NCBI GenBank assembly: GCA_964353095.1
Contig: CAYGUO010000001.1
Coordinates: 1 to 52,468, forward strand
Length of the DNA: 52,468 nt
Origin: an uncultured Flavobacteriaceae bacterium
GTDB taxonomy: Bacteria > Bacteroidota > Bacteroidia > Flavobacteriales > Flavobacteriaceae
Direction of reading: 5' to 3'
This document shows positions 49,864-52,468 of the stretch, one piece after another. The translations under genes and the position numbers were made by a program. Below the pieces are notes generated by a model. It was not told where the DNA came from, did no database searches, and was given only the letters and a program-made list of their open reading frames with translations. Each line of letters starts with the position of its first letter. Position 1 is the stretch's first letter.

Positions 49864-50034
49864 TCAGACGTTACCTCTAAATATAAACCCGAAACACCCT
49901 ATAATTATCCAACTCAGTGTTTGTCTTAGACTATCTGAGATTTTATTATCCATTAGCACTAATATTAAAACACAAATTAATATTAAAAAAAGAGCAATAA
50001 TATCTTTATGATTTTTTAGGAATAACTCTTTCAT
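49864..50034 (-). CDS. Small hypothetical two-TM membrane protein
   Basis: About 56 aa from the internal ATG (MKELFLKN...), two hydrophobic stretches, very AT-rich. Confidence 0.4.
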   Translation of the reverse strand: MKELFLKNHKDIIALFLILICVLILVLMDNKISDSLRQTLSWIIIGCFGFIFRGNV

Positions 50035-50154
50035 ATTTAAACTTTTCACAATCTACTTCATGCATTTATTTTCAATTATAACTTGAAGAATTCTATTCAT
50101 AATTATCAACCAAATATCTTAACGGCTACAAACAAAAAAAGGACAGTTAAAACG

Positions 50155-50181
50155 AAAAACCCCACCAATCGGCAGGGTTTT
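50155..50181 (-). terminator. Intrinsic terminator after the CMD/AhpD gene
   Basis: Minus strand AAAACCCTGCC-GATT-GGTGGGGTTTTT. Confidence 0.6.
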
Positions 50182-50209
50182 AAAAAAATAAGTTTTACTA
50201 GTCTAACGT

Positions 50210-50812
50210 CTAATAGCTGCTCCCATCATGCTTCCCTTTTTCCCAGCCATACTTACCCAAATACTGGTCTCCGCTTTCAACAGCACCTTCTTCAATATTG
50301 GTACCCATAGAGTCGTTCCAACGGTTGAGATATCCAAAAAGAGAAATAACACCAAGCATTTCAACAATTTCGCCATCGTTCCAGTGCTCATGAAGTCTTG
50401 CTTTAATGTCAGCATTTACGGTATTGGGAACTTGTGATGCGGCCAGTGAAAAATCTAAAGCCGCACGTTCAGCTTCAGAGAAAGCATTGTGCGTGCGATA
50501 TTCCCAAATATTGTCTAATTGCTCTTGCTCTGCCCCATAACGTTCCGCAGCGCGAATAGCATGTGCTTGGCAATAGCGGCAACCGGTTGCATTACTGCTC
50601 ACCCAGGCAATCATCCTTTTTAAAGCTGATGTTACCCGGCCCTCATTGGCCATAACCGCTTTATTCAGGTTGATAAAAGCCTTTGAAATTGCAGGCCTAT
50701 GCTGCATGGTCAAAATGGAGTTAGGGCAAAAGCCAAGCGTTTCATTAAAAAACTCAGCGAGTTGTTTGGTTTCCTTATCGTGATTTGGGTCCAGGGGATT
50801 TACTAAGGCCAT
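50210..50812 (-). CDS. Carboxymuconolactone decarboxylase / AhpD family peroxidase-related protein
   Basis: LGFCPNS, SNATGCRYCQAH (CxxC plus His), FSEAERAALDF, YLNRWN. Confidence 0.88.
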   Translation of the reverse strand: MALVNPLDPNHDKETKQLAEFFNETLGFCPNSILTMQHRPAISKAFINLNKAVMANEGRVTSALKRMIAWVSSNATGCRYCQAHAIRAAERYGAEQEQLDNIWEYRTHNAFSEAERAALDFSLAASQVPNTVNADIKARLHEHWNDGEIVEMLGVISLFGYLNRWNDSMGTNIEEGAVESGDQYLGKYGWEKGKHDGSSY

Positions 50813-50869
50813 TATATGTTTGTTTAGTTGAGTTGACGTATTTTAGTCTTTACAAGAAACACAAAAATT

Positions 50870-51298
50870 ATGGGGACAACAAATCATATTACCACCAAAT
50901 GGAAAGGTGGAATGGCTTTTGAAAGTAATAATACATCAGGATTGAATTTAACCATTGACGCGGGTCCAGAAGATGGTGGCCAAGGAGAAGGCCTGCGGCC
51001 AAAAGCCTTAATGCTATCTGGTTTGGCGGGTTGCTCAGGGTTGGATGTAGCTTCTCTTATAAAAAAAATGAAGCTTGACGTTGATGATTTCAGTATTGAA
51101 ACCATAGCGAATCTAACAGACGAACATCCAAAATACTACGATCATGTAGTGATTGAATATCACTTTTATGGTGCTAATCTAAATGAAGATAAACTTCAAA
51201 AAGCGGTTGATTTATCCGTAGAAAAATATTGTGGAGTGATGGAAATGTTCAGAAGGTTTGCGGAATTGGAGATTAAGACGGTTTTTCACAAAAAATAA
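50870..51298 (+). CDS. OsmC family protein
   Basis: GLRPKALMLSGLAGCSGLDV and SVEKYCGV: two conserved cysteines. Confidence 0.92.
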   Translation: MGTTNHITTKWKGGMAFESNNTSGLNLTIDAGPEDGGQGEGLRPKALMLSGLAGCSGLDVASLIKKMKLDVDDFSIETIANLTDEHPKYYDHVVIEYHFYGANLNEDKLQKAVDLSVEKYCGVMEMFRRFAELEIKTVFHKK

Positions 51299-51306
51299 CA
51301 TTTTAA

Positions 51307-51491
51307 AGCTCACCTCCTCAGACGAGGAGGGGAATGAATTCCGCTTTTGCGGAAGAAAGGGGAGGTTGAAATCCTGAGCTTTGGCGCTTTGACCAAAGTT
51401 TACGGTGAATTCAATAAAGCTTGCGTTTTAAACCCTCCGCTTTTCCACACTGAAGTGGAAAACCACCTCCCCTTGAATAAGGTGAGGAGCT
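51307..51491. repeat. Inverted pair of 61-bp double-hairpin repeats (REPIN-like)
   Basis: Left arm 51307-51367: AGCTCACCTCCTC..GAGGAGGGG..TTCCGC-TTTT-GCGGAA..GGGGAGGTT. Right arm 51431-51491, reverse complement: AGCTCCTCACCTT..AAGGGGAGG..TTCCAC..GTGGAA..GGAGGGTT. Confidence 0.68.
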
Positions 51492-51512
51492 ATTGAAAAT
51501 TAGATTAAATGT

Positions 51513-52468
51513 ATGCGCTGGACTATAAAACCAATCCCTAAACAAGAAGATATTGACCAATTGAGCCATGAACTCAAAGTGGATACTTTGGTCGCGCAAT
51601 TGCTTTTACAGCGAGGTATTTCCACATACCATGAAGCTAAAATTTTTTTCCGTCCAGAATTGACCCACCTACATGACCCCTTTTTAATGAAGGATATGGA
51701 TGTTGCGGTTTCTAGAATTGAACGGGCGATTGAAGCCAATGAAAATATATTGGTATACGGCGATTATGATGTGGATGGGACAACGGCGGTGGCTCTGGTT
51801 TCTTCCTATTTATTAGCGAGCTATCCTAATGTGGCCACGTATATTCCCGATAGGTATGGTGAAGGGTACGGTGTTTCTTTGCAGGGCATTGATTTTGCCG
51901 AAGACAATGATTTTAGCTTGATAATTGCTTTAGATTGCGGGGTAAAGGCCATTCAACAAGTGGACTATGCCAAACAAAAGAATATTGATTTTATTATTTG
52001 TGACCATCACAGACCTGGGCCTGAATTACCCAATGCTGTTGCTATTTTAGATCCAAAGCGTAATGATTGTGAGTACCCGTATGATGAATTATGTGGATGT
52101 GGAGTTGGTTTTAAGCTGATACAAGCTTTAGCTTCAAAAAAAGACCACACAGTAGAAGATTTGATTCCCTATTTAGATTTGGTAGCTACGGCCATTGGGG
52201 CGGATATTGTACCCATCACTGGGGAGAATAGGGTACTTGCCTATTACGGAATGAAAGTAATTAATTCGAATCCGAGAATTGGTTTTCAAGCGATTATCAA
52301 TCAAGTAAAAAAGACGGAACTCACCATTACAGATGTGGTTTTTATTATTGCCCCACGTATCAATGCGGCAGGGAGGATGGAACATGGGCAACATGCTGTT
52401 AACTTACTTACAGAAACCAGCTTAAAACAAGCAGAAATTTTTGCGGCAGGCATTGAAAAATATAATGC
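51513..52468 (+). CDS. recJ: Single-stranded-DNA-specific exonuclease RecJ (3' end runs off the window)
   Basis: Not in the ORF track. From ATG 51513: MRWTIKP...LHDPFLMKDM...VYGDYDVDG...IPDRYGEGYG...LDCG...ICDHH...LCGCGVGFK...APRINAAGRM. Confidence 0.96.
   Translation, partial: MRWTIKPIPKQEDIDQLSHELKVDTLVAQLLLQRGISTYHEAKIFFRPELTHLHDPFLMKDMDVAVSRIERAIEANENILVYGDYDVDGTTAVALVSSYLLASYPNVATYIPDRYGEGYGVSLQGIDFAEDNDFSLIIALDCGVKAIQQVDYAKQKNIDFIICDHHRPGPELPNAVAILDPKRNDCEYPYDELCGCGVGFKLIQALASKKDHTVEDLIPYLDLVATAIGADIVPITGENRVLAYYGMKVINSNPRIGFQAIINQVKKTELTITDVVFIIAPRINAAGRMEHGQHAVNLLTETSLKQAEIFAAGIEKYN

Noticed and set aside
51411-52394. Short minus-strand ORFs at the right end
   Set aside because: Antisense to recJ or running through the repeat element.

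Overview
AT-rich chromosomal window, most likely from a marine Flavobacteriaceae (Bacteroidota) genome, judged by gene content, TAnnTTTG promoters and A-rich start regions without Shine-Dalgarno sites. The left ~35.5 kb is one large envelope/export locus. On the minus strand, TolC, a MacA-like adaptor, one MacB/LolD-type ATPase and a DUF2807 (head GIN) protein are followed by 11 divergent, internally duplicated MacB/FtsX-type permease genes and a second DUF2807 gene that runs off the window. A divergent NtrC-type sigma54 activator and a histidine kinase sit beside it. The non-coding DNA holds three copies of one promoter module (sigma54 -24/-12 box, IHF-consensus site, two TGT-N11-ACA boxes 22 bp apart), which split the array into three blocks. 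The intergenic DNA also carries REP-like palindromes. One 23-bp element appears at both filled and empty copies of the same target and sits in frame in a gene start. The right ~17 kb is mostly housekeeping (arfB, prolyl oligopeptidase, asd, mscL, alr, tdk, rsmI, AhpD/CMD, OsmC, recJ) with a few accessory genes. No rRNA, tRNA, CRISPR array or transposase was recognised. All calls come from reading motifs by eye; no searches were run.
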